This document shows, piece by piece, positions 29,226 through 38,528 of a stretch of 64,000 nucleotides of DNA. How positions within the stretch are numbered: position 1 is the stretch's first letter; the number at the start of each line of letters is the position of its first letter. The DNA is from Verrucomicrobiota bacterium (GTDB taxonomy: Bacteria; Verrucomicrobiota; Verrucomicrobiia; Limisphaerales; AAA164-E04): the NCBI GenBank assembly GCA_047947115.1, contig CP170459.1, positions 512,001 to 576,000 on the forward strand, given 5' to 3'. The notes below the pieces were generated by a model that was not told where the DNA came from, did no database searches, and worked only from the letters and a program-made list of their open reading frames with translations. Position numbers and translations under genes: made by a program.

Positions 29226-29688
29226 CCATGGGAAGCGAAACGGAAGACAAATCACCACCGCGAATCCAGCTCATACTGAACCAGGGCAATCCCCGGGATT
29301 CCCCCGACTCGAATACCTGGATAATGTGGGGATGCGACAACCGTGCCACGGATTCGATTTCCTGTTTGAAACGACGGAGCGCAGAAAGGCTGCTCATCAA
29401 TCCTGGATTCAAAACTTTAACAGCAACCAAACGATCTGTTCTCAATTGCCTGGCTCGATAAACCCTTCCCATGCCACCCGTCCCTATCAAGGCTTCCACC
29501 TTGTGGCCGGGAATGGAGGGAAACGATTCATCTAAAAACGTGCACTCCTGGCCGGAATCGAGTTTCTCGGTATCAACGATTCCCAGCCCCATGAGTTTGT
29601 GCAACACATGTCCCTTTAAATGAGTGTCCTGGATTCGCTTCATGGTCCTGATGATGGCTGAATCGGCTTCCAGCCATCCATAGATCAA
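29194..29688 (-). pseudogene. Truncated Ser/Thr protein kinase (subdomains I-V only)
   Basis: IGTGGMGRVY, VAVK, RFKQE, LSHPHII present; HRD and DFG absent; stop follows shortly after. Confidence 0.85.
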
Positions 29689-29704
29689 TTCGCAGTTTCT
29701 CGTT

Positions 29705-30243
29705 TCAAGTCACATAATCATGCAAAACAGACATCAGATAACGAAGTTCATCATCCACATCCCCGGGATCTGAAACTGTTTGAGCCACTTGCTGACGAAG
29801 CAACTCACCATATCGAGTCCGCATGCGTTTGACATTCATCTTCACTCCACTTTCGGACATTTTTAATTCCCGGGCAATGGAGGCATAGGGACGCTTGGAA
29901 TCAGAAGTTGAGAGCGACCACTGCAGTGCATCAAAAATGTGTACGCGATTTGAAAAAGCATACTCCTGGCGAACTGCCTGCATCGTGCGATCCAGCAGTC
30001 GGACGGCCCATTGTTGGTCGTAATCCTTCTCGGAGACATCCCCACACGAATCGTCCACAGGTTCCACAATGGCCTCATCCCAAGAAATAAACCCGACCTG
30101 ACCACCGCGTTTATGGGTTTGTTGACGCCGCCATTCGCTGACCATGTAACGTTTGAAAGCTGTCAAAAGGAAGCTGCGAAACCGACCCTTTGCGGGATCT
30201 GCTCTGGAAACAGTCTGATTTCCCAACAGATGGGTAAAAAAAC
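29705..30243 (-). pseudogene. ECF sigma factor (kinase-associated type), 3' part
   Basis: KGRFRSFLL, HKRGG, YDQQWA, YASIARELKMSESGVK...RMRTRY, VDDELRYL. Confidence 0.88.
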
Positions 30244-31591
30244 GGTTCTTCGACAATTCCAGTGGAATTAAATTAAGCCGGGATTCTGAGTTTGCCGGCT
30301 ACAAAGTAAAGCATAGTGATCATGTATACGGATGAGCGAAAACCTCTGGCCTTCCGCTTGACCGCGCTGAAAACGCTATTCAATCCTTCCATGAACGCTG
30401 TGGTCAGTTTCTTTTTCCAATGAGCAAGTATACCTTCCAAGTGACGTTCAATACTGTTTGCCACCTTGATCATTGGTTCCAACAAGTCCCCTGAATTTTT
30501 CGCCCTTCGTTTTACCCATCCTATCCATTTGACCATGTTTTTTCGCGCTGTAACCTCATTGCGACTGCGATAGACTTGTTGGAAATTTAATCGCATCTGG
30601 TAGGCGATTCCGGTTACTAAATTCTTCAAATCCAATTCCTCTAGCTGCTGGGTTTGACTCTTGGTTAGATTGGAGGGATTTTTACGAAATATCCAACGAC
30701 TTGCTTTGAGCTCCTTTTTGGAATCCTTGTCTCCTTGATTTGCTTCGGCTTTGCGCACTTTATCGACTGCGTCATTGACCATGGCCACAGCATGATACTT
30801 GTCGAATACAATCTCTGCGTTGCCTAGATTCTCCCTTACTCCCTTTTGATAGGCCGGACTCATATCGATGGCAACTTGAGTGATCGCTTTTGGATGTCCG
30901 TTGTGCGCATATAACGCATCTGCAAAGCGTTGGAATGTTTCAGCGTCTTTGCCCTCGGTGGCAAAAATGACTCTCTTCTCCATCAAATCAGCAAACACCG
31001 TCAGGTAATCATGCCCTTTGCGTGCAGACAATTCGTCCGCACCGATCCAAACCACTTCACTCATATCCAACTTTGAATAAGCTTCGTCGACATGGGCAAA
31101 AAGAATGCGCCACATGCGTTGATCACACTCTCCAATCAGTCCTGATGCTTTACTAACTGGCATCTCCCTCATCAACGCCAATGCAAATCCTTCAAAAGCT
31201 TGAGTAAAATGTTTTCCCTTACCCTCCCAGGGGACTTTAACCCGATAGGTTCGGTGACAAGATGGGCATTTGCCGCGAGGCACATTGCAGAGAATTTCAG
31301 ATCGTTTTCCAAATACATCCATATGTCGCCAAGACCTTGTTTCGGTGTGATCGTAACAGGTAATCCCAGACGATTTGCAGGTCTGATGGGGACAAACTTG
31401 TTTCTCCCAGAGTTTGTCAGTTTCAGTAATGACCATGAAAAACTTTTCCGTCTCTGAATCGTAGTCAACGCCTCGAACTTCCCAACACTCATCTAGCCCC
31501 AGCAATCCATGTATGGTCTTCTCAATATTCATGGAGCCATCATCTCACGATAGTTCCAAATGCTCAATTCCACTGTTTTTGTCGAAGAACC
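30244..31591 (-). mobile_element. ISL3-family IS #1, 1348 bp
   Basis: 26-bp IRs GGTTCTTCGACAAnnnCAGTGGAATT; 8-bp TSD AAAAAAAC at 30236-30243 and 31592-31599. Confidence 0.93.
30273..31532 (-). CDS. ISL3-family transposase
   Basis: Zn-finger cysteines; IGADE, AIDMS, FDKYH, MEGLNS..SAVKRKARGFR. Confidence 0.95.
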   Translation of the reverse strand: MNIEKTIHGLLGLDECWEVRGVDYDSETEKFFMVITETDKLWEKQVCPHQTCKSSGITCYDHTETRSWRHMDVFGKRSEILCNVPRGKCPSCHRTYRVKVPWEGKGKHFTQAFEGFALALMREMPVSKASGLIGECDQRMWRILFAHVDEAYSKLDMSEVVWIGADELSARKGHDYLTVFADLMEKRVIFATEGKDAETFQRFADALYAHNGHPKAITQVAIDMSPAYQKGVRENLGNAEIVFDKYHAVAMVNDAVDKVRKAEANQGDKDSKKELKASRWIFRKNPSNLTKSQTQQLEELDLKNLVTGIAYQMRLNFQQVYRSRNEVTARKNMVKWIGWVKRRAKNSGDLLEPMIKVANSIERHLEGILAHWKKKLTTAFMEGLNSVFSAVKRKARGFRSSVYMITMLYFVAGKLRIPA

Positions 31592-31599
31592 AAAAAAAC

Positions 31600-31786
31600 C
31601 CTGAGTCAAATCCTTGGCCTGATGTTCATCATAACCACTCCTCAAAGCAAACCCGTACAACGGTGGCCAATAGACCTCGCACAATTGCTGCAGCGCAATA
31701 CTGGCTTGCTGGCCGGCATCACGAACGATGCTCCACGAGGTGGTTTTAAACACACCTGGCCGCGATGGGTCGTTTGAAGCTTCCAT
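31600..31786 (-). pseudogene. ECF sigma factor, 5' part
   Basis: FKTTSWSIV...LCEVYWPPLYGF...AKDLTQGFF; joins the 3' part in frame (QGFF/THLL, 241 aa). Confidence 0.88.
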
Positions 31787-31796
31787 TGAAAAATTG

Positions 31797-33328
31797 GCCT
31801 CTTCTTCAGAATCTGTGGGTAAATTTAGGTTCGGGTAGTTCACCCATTGTGTGAAAAAGGGCTATTTTAAGCACTTCAAAGCTACGATAGCCGTAGGCTT
31901 TTCTGGTAGTCAGATTTATTTTGCGGTTCAAACCCTCAACAACTCCCGACGAAATAGTCTTTTTGGCCCTGAACCAATTCAGGATCAGCGGCTGATGTTT
32001 TCGTAGGCTGCTGGCAAATTTCTTGATGGGTTCCAGACGTGAGCGCATAGCTCTGGTGCACCACTTGTTCAAATACCACTCAGCCCAATATGGGCTAGTG
32101 TAATTCCAAAAGAACTCAAATGCTTCTTTGAGCAAAAATGCCCGAACACTTTTCAGATCATACTGGAGGACTTCCTCCAGCTTAATCTTTTGATTGGGCG
32201 TGAGGTTCTCACGACGTTTGAGAAAGCAGTATTTGGTGTGTTTAAGCACTTCCTGGTATCCGTCCTGACGCATCTTACGCGCTTCGACCGCCCTGACTTC
32301 ATTGATTGCTTTGTTCAGATTGGCTACGATATGGAAGCGATCCAACACGTGGAGGGCGTGTTCGAGTTTTTCCTTAATCACATTGAGATAAGGTTTCCAC
32401 ATGTCCGAACAAACAAATTGAATGGACTCAAGTTGCTTTTGAGTGAGGATCTTAAAAAAATCCCGAAGGGATTGCTCGGTTCTCTCCTTGGTGACGCTTA
32501 ACAATCGGCGCGTGCCTTGATCTATCTGGTAAACCACCGTCAGATACTTTTGCCCCTTTCCAAAATGCACCTCATCAACTCCGATGGCATTAATATCGTC
32601 CAAACTCCTGTGCTTCAAGCCGTATTCAACAATGGAAGCAACGGACCGATACACCGATTGCCAACTGACTTCAAAGGTCTGGGCAACTTCTTTCCATGAA
32701 AGTTTCCGAGCCCACTGTGCAAGGAAGTGTTCCATGACACAGGTTATCCGGCTTTTTCCTTTGGCCCAAGGAACCGATTCGATGACAACACCGTCATTGG
32801 GGCAGTTAACTCTTCGCATCCGGTATTCAAGAAACACCGGCCACCCCCATAAGGGGATGAATCGAAACTTTCGTTTTCCAGGACGATGGTCATAGGTGGA
32901 AGCACTACGATTGCACTTTGAACATACTGGGCGGCTGTTTTGCCGTGGTTCAACGCTTACGACAATAGCTTCGACTCCTTCAACTTCCTGGAAGCATGCT
33001 TGGCGATAGACAAAGGATTTGAATTTATGGCAACGATTGAGCAAGGTTTTCAACAGCATCGGCACTCTTTGACGAGGTTTGTTTTGGCGACGCCATGTTG
33101 AGGAGATTGCCGATGCTTTTCGAATAAAAATCCTCTGGGTTTTTCTTGGAGAAAAACCACACCACCCGTAGGCCCTCTCGCGTCGTGGAAGTCCAGGAAA
33201 ACATCATATAAGTGCCGAAGGCCGACTCCGCGTCAGCGGGGGAGTTATGCTGATGTTTTACTGGACTGGAACAGAGCGATAGGGCATCCCGACGTGCTCA
33301 ATTTACCCACTCTTTTTTGAGAAGACCC
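31797..33328 (-). mobile_element. ISL3-family IS #2, 1532 bp
   Basis: Imperfect 28-bp IRs (GnnTCTTCT-N9-GTGGGTAAAT); 8-bp TSD AAAAATTG at 31789-31796 and 33329-33336. Confidence 0.92.
31806..33065 (-). CDS. ISL3-family transposase (start GTG 33065 or ATG 33059)
   Basis: CSKC..C; IGVDE, CSDMW, LDRFH, VEGLN..RKAYGYR. Confidence 0.95.
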   Translation of the reverse strand: MPMLLKTLLNRCHKFKSFVYRQACFQEVEGVEAIVVSVEPRQNSRPVCSKCNRSASTYDHRPGKRKFRFIPLWGWPVFLEYRMRRVNCPNDGVVIESVPWAKGKSRITCVMEHFLAQWARKLSWKEVAQTFEVSWQSVYRSVASIVEYGLKHRSLDDINAIGVDEVHFGKGQKYLTVVYQIDQGTRRLLSVTKERTEQSLRDFFKILTQKQLESIQFVCSDMWKPYLNVIKEKLEHALHVLDRFHIVANLNKAINEVRAVEARKMRQDGYQEVLKHTKYCFLKRRENLTPNQKIKLEEVLQYDLKSVRAFLLKEAFEFFWNYTSPYWAEWYLNKWCTRAMRSRLEPIKKFASSLRKHQPLILNWFRAKKTISSGVVEGLNRKINLTTRKAYGYRSFEVLKIALFHTMGELPEPKFTHRF

Positions 33329-33388
33329 AAAAATTGTTATCAGGTCGTCAGGAACAACCTAGAAAGGTTCGAGGTATGGATCAAATGC

Positions 33389-33422
33389 AAAAATGCCCGA
33401 CACCAATTGGCATCGGGCATTT
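33389..33422 (-). terminator. Terminator after the kinase-ECF operon
   Basis: AAATGCCCGA / TCGGGCATTT stem with T-tract on the minus strand. Confidence 0.7.
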
Positions 33423-33453
33423 CCGCGGAAACGATATGGAACAAAAAAATCTT

Positions 33454-34146
33454 TCAAGCCCCACAAACCGCAACTGCCTGGCAATCGCCGACCGATGCCC
33501 AGGCAGATGGAAACTCGATTACTGGCAAAGCCTCTTCGCGATTCAGTCGTTGAAGCGTTTTTTCGAGCCGTTTGCGAATGCGGAACATGCGAACTTTCAT
33601 GGCGGAAATGTTCCAGGCGGTTTCCTCTTGCGCCTGGTTGTAGGTAAATCCACGAAGACAGATCAAATCCACCAAAAGTCGATCGTCGGGATTCAGGGTT
33701 TCCAGCAATTTATCAACCAACTCCCGGGCGGCCCAGGATTGGGACGGCTCCAGCTCTTCGTCGCTGGTGGTCAGAGATTCGATAACGCGGGCTTCTTCTT
33801 CCCCCAGGTCTGCCAGACGCAATTCCTGATTGGCGCGCGCTTTGTGGTAGGCATTGGTGCACATGTTCACCGCCACCCGGCTGACCCAATGTTTCAACGG
33901 CACCTTGCCGGAGTATTGGCCCAGTTTTTGAAAGACCCTGATGAAAATATCCTGTGCAAGATCCTCCGCACACCCGCGCCGCGGCAACCGCGCCCGCACA
34001 ATCGACATGACTTGTGGATAGAGAAAATCAAGCAATAAACGGGAAGCATCTTCATTGCCTTCAATCGTTCCGCAAATCCATGCATCCACTTCGGGGGGGT
34101 TGACTTGTTTGGTGACGTTTTTTGAATCGGGTTTAATGGTTGTCAT
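33454..34146 (-). CDS. ECF sigma factor (paralog of 6761..7402)
   Basis: [26 protein letters not shown]; region 4 [15 protein letters not shown] overlap with the kinase stop. Confidence 0.88.
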   Translation of the reverse strand: MTTIKPDSKNVTKQVNPPEVDAWICGTIEGNEDASRLLLDFLYPQVMSIVRARLPRRGCAEDLAQDIFIRVFQKLGQYSGKVPLKHWVSRVAVNMCTNAYHKARANQELRLADLGEEEARVIESLTTSDEELEPSQSWAARELVDKLLETLNPDDRLLVDLICLRGFTYNQAQEETAWNISAMKVRMFRIRKRLEKTLQRLNREEALPVIEFPSAWASVGDCQAVAVCGA

Positions 34147-37100
34147 AAGGATTTTTCCTTTATTTGTTTTTTTGAAATCTCTTCATCGATCAGTTCCAGA
34201 CTGGGAACTTTAATGACCCAGGCATTGTCATTGCCGATGATAAATAGTTTTTGATTGTCCTTACCGAACTGAAGCCGATCGAGTCGTTCATTGGCACCTC
34301 CTTCAGGTTGAAACGACAGCATTTCGCGGCCTGTCTCCATGTGCCAGATTCGAACGGTTCCATCGGGGCTGTAAGTAGCGACAGATCTTCCATCGTGCGA
34401 AAAAGCGGCGGCGTGAATCCCCTGTTTATGTCCGGTCAATATATGCTCCACCTGGCCTGTAAGGGTGTTCCACACCAGGCCCCGTTTATCCCAACTGCCG
34501 GCAGCCATGACAAGAGCCCCATCCGAAGAGAAAGTCACAGATCGAGCAGCATAATTCATTCCGGTCAAAAGAGACACTTCGCGCCCCGCATCGAAATCCC
34601 AAACAGCAATGTCTGATCCCTCACCCTGACGAGACAAAGCAAGATATCGCCCATCCGGACTCGCTCCTAAAAATGATTCATATTCTTCCGGGATGCTGGC
34701 AGGCTCGTTACGGTTGTCGCGGACATTCCAAATTGAAAACCGATCATCGCGTTGGTATATCAAACGCTGGTTCGAGATGAATTCAGGGCCCGTCCGGGAA
34801 AACCCTCCCTGACGCTCATCCACCTGAAGGGTGGCTTCGAATTTACCTTCGATCATATCGTATAATTCGAATTCATCCTCCCCCACCCGACATGCTCCGT
34901 GTTGACCATCTGATGAGACGATATTTCGCCCCCATGAACGCCCGGCAGGCAGGAAGTAATCGATGTTGCCCTTTTCGAGTTCAGACAACAAGGCGGATGG
35001 AATCATCTCTGCGAGTCCCTGGAGTGAGGTAATTTTATTCGCCTGGCTTTCCTTTTGAACAAACTCGATACGCTCCATTTTTGGTTTGGCGCTCATCGCT
35101 CGCAAATCCCATAAATAAACTCTTCCATCTTTGCCACCTGAAGCAAAAGTTTGAGAATTTGGAGAGATCGCCAAAGAAAAAATTTCATCCAAATGCCCTT
35201 TAAAAGCTCCGATTTTTTTACCAGAAGATGCTTCCCACACATGAAGCAGATAATCCCATCCACCTGCTACCAGCCACTGTGCGTCGGGCGAAAATTCTGC
35301 GGCAAACAACATGCCGGGCTGAGATTGTTCCAATTCGATTTCACGTTCTTCAAACGGATTGAACAATCGAAGTTTCAGTTCAATGGCACTACGGCTGAAA
35401 GGATCGCTCATCCAAGCGACATACTGCATGCCATTTGCCACAGATATCAAATGAGTACGTGTAGAGGAAAGGAGGGGCCAATCCGCCAATTTCATCCCCG
35501 AAAGCGTATCAAAAATGGATATGCTCTCATCATTCCGCTCCTTCAAGGCCAACAAACGATCATCCTCTGAGAAGGCATAGCCTCTCACATGCTTTTCAGC
35601 AAAAGGGTGCGAGGAAACATCCAATGGGCGATCTCCTTCGTGCCCTATGTCGTATAAATGAAATCCCTGACCGTTATATGCGACGAATTTATCCGATTTC
35701 TCTTGTTCAATTAACGGAAAACCAACTTCTTTGAGACAGGCCTCCTGTTCCCACGTATCAGTGCGCCAAACAATCAATTTGGCACGTTTCATACTATTCC
35801 ATCTTCCACCTATCCTTCCGGCATACAAAAACCGGTTATCACTGGAAAATTTAACTCGCAAATTGGCCGGCCAGGATTCGAACTCAGCATCCAGCTGTGC
35901 AATCTGCATTCGGGTGCTGACATTCCATACTCCAACCTTTCCATCTGAAGCAAATCCGACCAACATTTCTCCATCTCTGGAGAACGACACAGCACCAACA
36001 GGTCGCGACAGATCTTCAAACACATAGAGTTGATCGCCTCGACACCTATCCCAGAGATACTGCCACTCAAAACCTCTCAAATCTTCAGCGTCGGCGTTCT
36101 CGGGAGTGTATTTCAGAAGCAATTCCCGACTTTTTGCGATATTGTCCGCCTCCAGAAACTGTTGAGCTTGATACATGTCGGAGGCATATAGATTCTGACG
36201 TAAGGCACGAGCTGAGGTAAGGGCAAAATTACGCTGTTCATTGGCATCCTGCTCCCTCAGTTCCGCCAGTTCCCTGGCATCTTTGGATTCCTGGGCATGC
36301 TGATCCGCGTTTTTCTGCGCAATGGTCGCTTTGAGCGCCAGCCATGTGCTGACCACTGAACCGACCGAGAGTAATAACAGAATAATGGCGGCAACGGAAA
36401 TGGCCGCCTTATTACGACGCGCAAATTTGCGGAACCGATACATCGAACTTGGCGCTGCCGCCTTGACCGGTTCGAAGTTCAAATAACGCTGAACATCCAG
36501 AGCCATTTCAGCCGCGGTTTCGTAACGTCGATTGCGATCCTTCTCCAGGGCCTTCATCACGATCCAATCCAGCTCGCCGCGCATCACTCGGTTCAATCTG
36601 GACGGTTCGGTATTGCGACGCTTGGCAATGGAGGTTAATTCCTCGACATTCATCGAGGTCAGTTGCGTGGAAGGGTAAATCGGTTCCTCATCCCGGATCC
36701 GACGGCGCATCTCATCGTAATCAGCCTTGGTCAGTTCCTTGGCATCCAGCGGTGTGCGCCCGGTCAACAATTCATAAAGCAACACACCCAGCGAATAAAT
36801 GTCCGTACGGGTATCGATATCCAATCCGCTCATCTGAGCCTGTTCAGGACTCATGTAGGCGGGCGTGCCCATGAATTGATGAAATTGGGTAAAGAGCGTC
36901 TTGTCTGTCAGACGCTGTTGGGTGGCCTTGGCGATACCGAAATCGATGATCTTGGGTACCGCCTTGTGATCGTGCATGGTCACCAGAATGTTGGAAGGCT
37001 TGATGTCCCGGTGAATCACACCCTTCTGATGCGCATGTTGAATGGCGCTGCAGACATCCATGAACAACATCAAGCGCTCATTGGTATTCAAGTTCTGCTG

Positions 37101-37628
37101 ATCACAGAACTCGGTAATCGGCACCCCCCGAACCAATTCCATGACGAAATAGGGACGCCCATTCTCGGTTGCCCCGGCATCCAAAACCTTAGCGATGTTG
37201 GGATGTTCCATCATCGCAAGCGCCTGACGTTCCGCCTCAAACCGGGCGATCACCTGTTTGGTATCCATCCCCAACTTGATGATTTTCAACGCCACACGGC
37301 GAATCACCGGCTTCTGCTGCTCAGCCATGTAAACCACGCCACAACCACCTTCACCGATGTTCTGCAACAGTTTATATGGCCCTATAATGGAACCTTCGCC
37401 TTCTCTTGGAGCGGGCTCTTCAGAAACCTTGGTCTGCTCCTGCGGGTCCATAGGAATAAAATCCGTCCCCTCCTGATGGGCTTCCAAGAGACGTTGAACC
37501 CGGCCAAGCAAGTCAGGGTCACCAACACAAGCGCGCTCAAGAAACCTCTGCTGCTCAAGAGGATTCAAGATCCCCTCAGCCTCCAGAAAGATTTCCTTCA
37601 CTTTTTTGCTTTGGTCGTTCATCGCCAT
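34143..37628 (-). CDS. Ser/Thr protein kinase with TM helix and WD40 repeats
   Basis: [38 protein letters not shown] segment; GH...WD repeats; start 37628 or 37622. Confidence 0.92.
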   Translation of the reverse strand: MAMNDQSKKVKEIFLEAEGILNPLEQQRFLERACVGDPDLLGRVQRLLEAHQEGTDFIPMDPQEQTKVSEEPAPREGEGSIIGPYKLLQNIGEGGCGVVYMAEQQKPVIRRVALKIIKLGMDTKQVIARFEAERQALAMMEHPNIAKVLDAGATENGRPYFVMELVRGVPITEFCDQQNLNTNERLMLFMDVCSAIQHAHQKGVIHRDIKPSNILVTMHDHKAVPKIIDFGIAKATQQRLTDKTLFTQFHQFMGTPAYMSPEQAQMSGLDIDTRTDIYSLGVLLYELLTGRTPLDAKELTKADYDEMRRRIRDEEPIYPSTQLTSMNVEELTSIAKRRNTEPSRLNRVMRGELDWIVMKALEKDRNRRYETAAEMALDVQRYLNFEPVKAAAPSSMYRFRKFARRNKAAISVAAIILLLLSVGSVVSTWLALKATIAQKNADQHAQESKDARELAELREQDANEQRNFALTSARALRQNLYASDMYQAQQFLEADNIAKSRELLLKYTPENADAEDLRGFEWQYLWDRCRGDQLYVFEDLSRPVGAVSFSRDGEMLVGFASDGKVGVWNVSTRMQIAQLDAEFESWPANLRVKFSSDNRFLYAGRIGGRWNSMKRAKLIVWRTDTWEQEACLKEVGFPLIEQEKSDKFVAYNGQGFHLYDIGHEGDRPLDVSSHPFAEKHVRGYAFSEDDRLLALKERNDESISIFDTLSGMKLADWPLLSSTRTHLISVANGMQYVAWMSDPFSRSAIELKLRLFNPFEEREIELEQSQPGMLFAAEFSPDAQWLVAGGWDYLLHVWEASSGKKIGAFKGHLDEIFSLAISPNSQTFASGGKDGRVYLWDLRAMSAKPKMERIEFVQKESQANKITSLQGLAEMIPSALLSELEKGNIDYFLPAGRSWGRNIVSSDGQHGACRVGEDEFELYDMIEGKFEATLQVDERQGGFSRTGPEFISNQRLIYQRDDRFSIWNVRDNRNEPASIPEEYESFLGASPDGRYLALSRQGEGSDIAVWDFDAGREVSLLTGMNYAARSVTFSSDGALVMAAGSWDKRGLVWNTLTGQVEHILTGHKQGIHAAAFSHDGRSVATYSPDGTVRIWHMETGREMLSFQPEGGANERLDRLQFGKDNQKLFIIGNDNAWVIKVPSLELIDEEISKKQIKEKSL

Positions 37629-37945
37629 ATAAAATGCGCCCCAACACACATACATGCGACGAAAGAAATCGAATTGGGCCAAATTAGTCAAAAAAACTTC
37701 ATTATGATCCCCAATTACCCTTGAAATTGCTGCATCTCAATACCACTTGCTCGAGGACAAGGCTACCCAAGGCCTGAACATAGTGGACAGTTTGGCCAGG
37801 TTTCACTAGTTTCGGGGACCATGCTAACACCAGTCACACCACTCCAATCTCCTGTCGGATGGAGCCATTTCGCATTTCTGAATTGGCTCAATGTAACAGT
37901 CATGCTGATTTCGGAAATTCGATCCATTTAGAATCATCCATTACC

Positions 37946-38524
37946 ATGAAGCATTGTAATCAAAAACGCTGTATCTGGCCTGGAACGGATGATCTTATGC
38001 TGGCATATCATGATCAGGAGTGGGGCGTGCCGGTTCATGACGATTTGAAATGGTTCGAGTTCATCGTACTGGACGCCTTTCAGGCGGGACTTTCCTGGCG
38101 CACGGTGCTGCATAAACGCGAGGCATTCCGCAAGGTATTCAAAGGGTTTGATCCGAATAAAGTGGCACGTTTATCGGAAGTTGAGATGGAAGCGGCGCAA
38201 AACAATCCAGCCATCATCCGCAATCGACTCAAGATTCGTGCAACGGTTAAAAACGCATCCGCATTTCTGAAACTACAGGAAAACCACGGCACCTTCGACG
38301 CCTTCATATGGCAATTCACGGAAGGTAAACCAATCGAAAACCGCTGGAAAACCATGCAAGACATCCCGGCCTCCACCCCTCTCTCCGACCAGGTGAGCAA
38401 GGCCCTCAAAGCGGATGGATTTTCCTTTGTCGGCAGCACCATCGTGTATTCTTTCCTGCAGGCGGGAGGTATTGTAAACGATCACATAGTGAGTTGTTTT
38501 CGTCACCAGGAGTTGCTAGCCTAA
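37946..38524 (+). CDS. tag: DNA-3-methyladenine glycosylase I
   Basis: RC.W, YHDQEWG, FQAGLSW, IIRNRLKI, VNDH..C. Confidence 0.93.
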   Translation: MKHCNQKRCIWPGTDDLMLAYHDQEWGVPVHDDLKWFEFIVLDAFQAGLSWRTVLHKREAFRKVFKGFDPNKVARLSEVEMEAAQNNPAIIRNRLKIRATVKNASAFLKLQENHGTFDAFIWQFTEGKPIENRWKTMQDIPASTPLSDQVSKALKADGFSFVGSTIVYSFLQAGGIVNDHIVSCFRHQELLA

Positions 38525-38528
38525 CGGC

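Noticed and set aside
28206..29688. Single kinase gene broken only by a frameshift
   Set aside because: The downstream frame has no HRD, DFG or APE motifs, so it is not the kinase C-lobe
31529..31843. 104-aa ORF as an independent gene (also 29705..30256 and 25592..26332)
   Set aside because: These are fragments of interrupted genes whose ends are supplied by IS sequence
30244..33328. Possible composite transposon formed by the two ISL3 elements
   Set aside because: The elements are different and each has its own TSD pair, so these are independent insertions
36663..37724. 353-aa antisense ORF (similarly 33334..34038, 5392..6129, 24521..25249, 20603..21280)
   Set aside because: Each lies opposite a well-supported gene and has no recognisable domain
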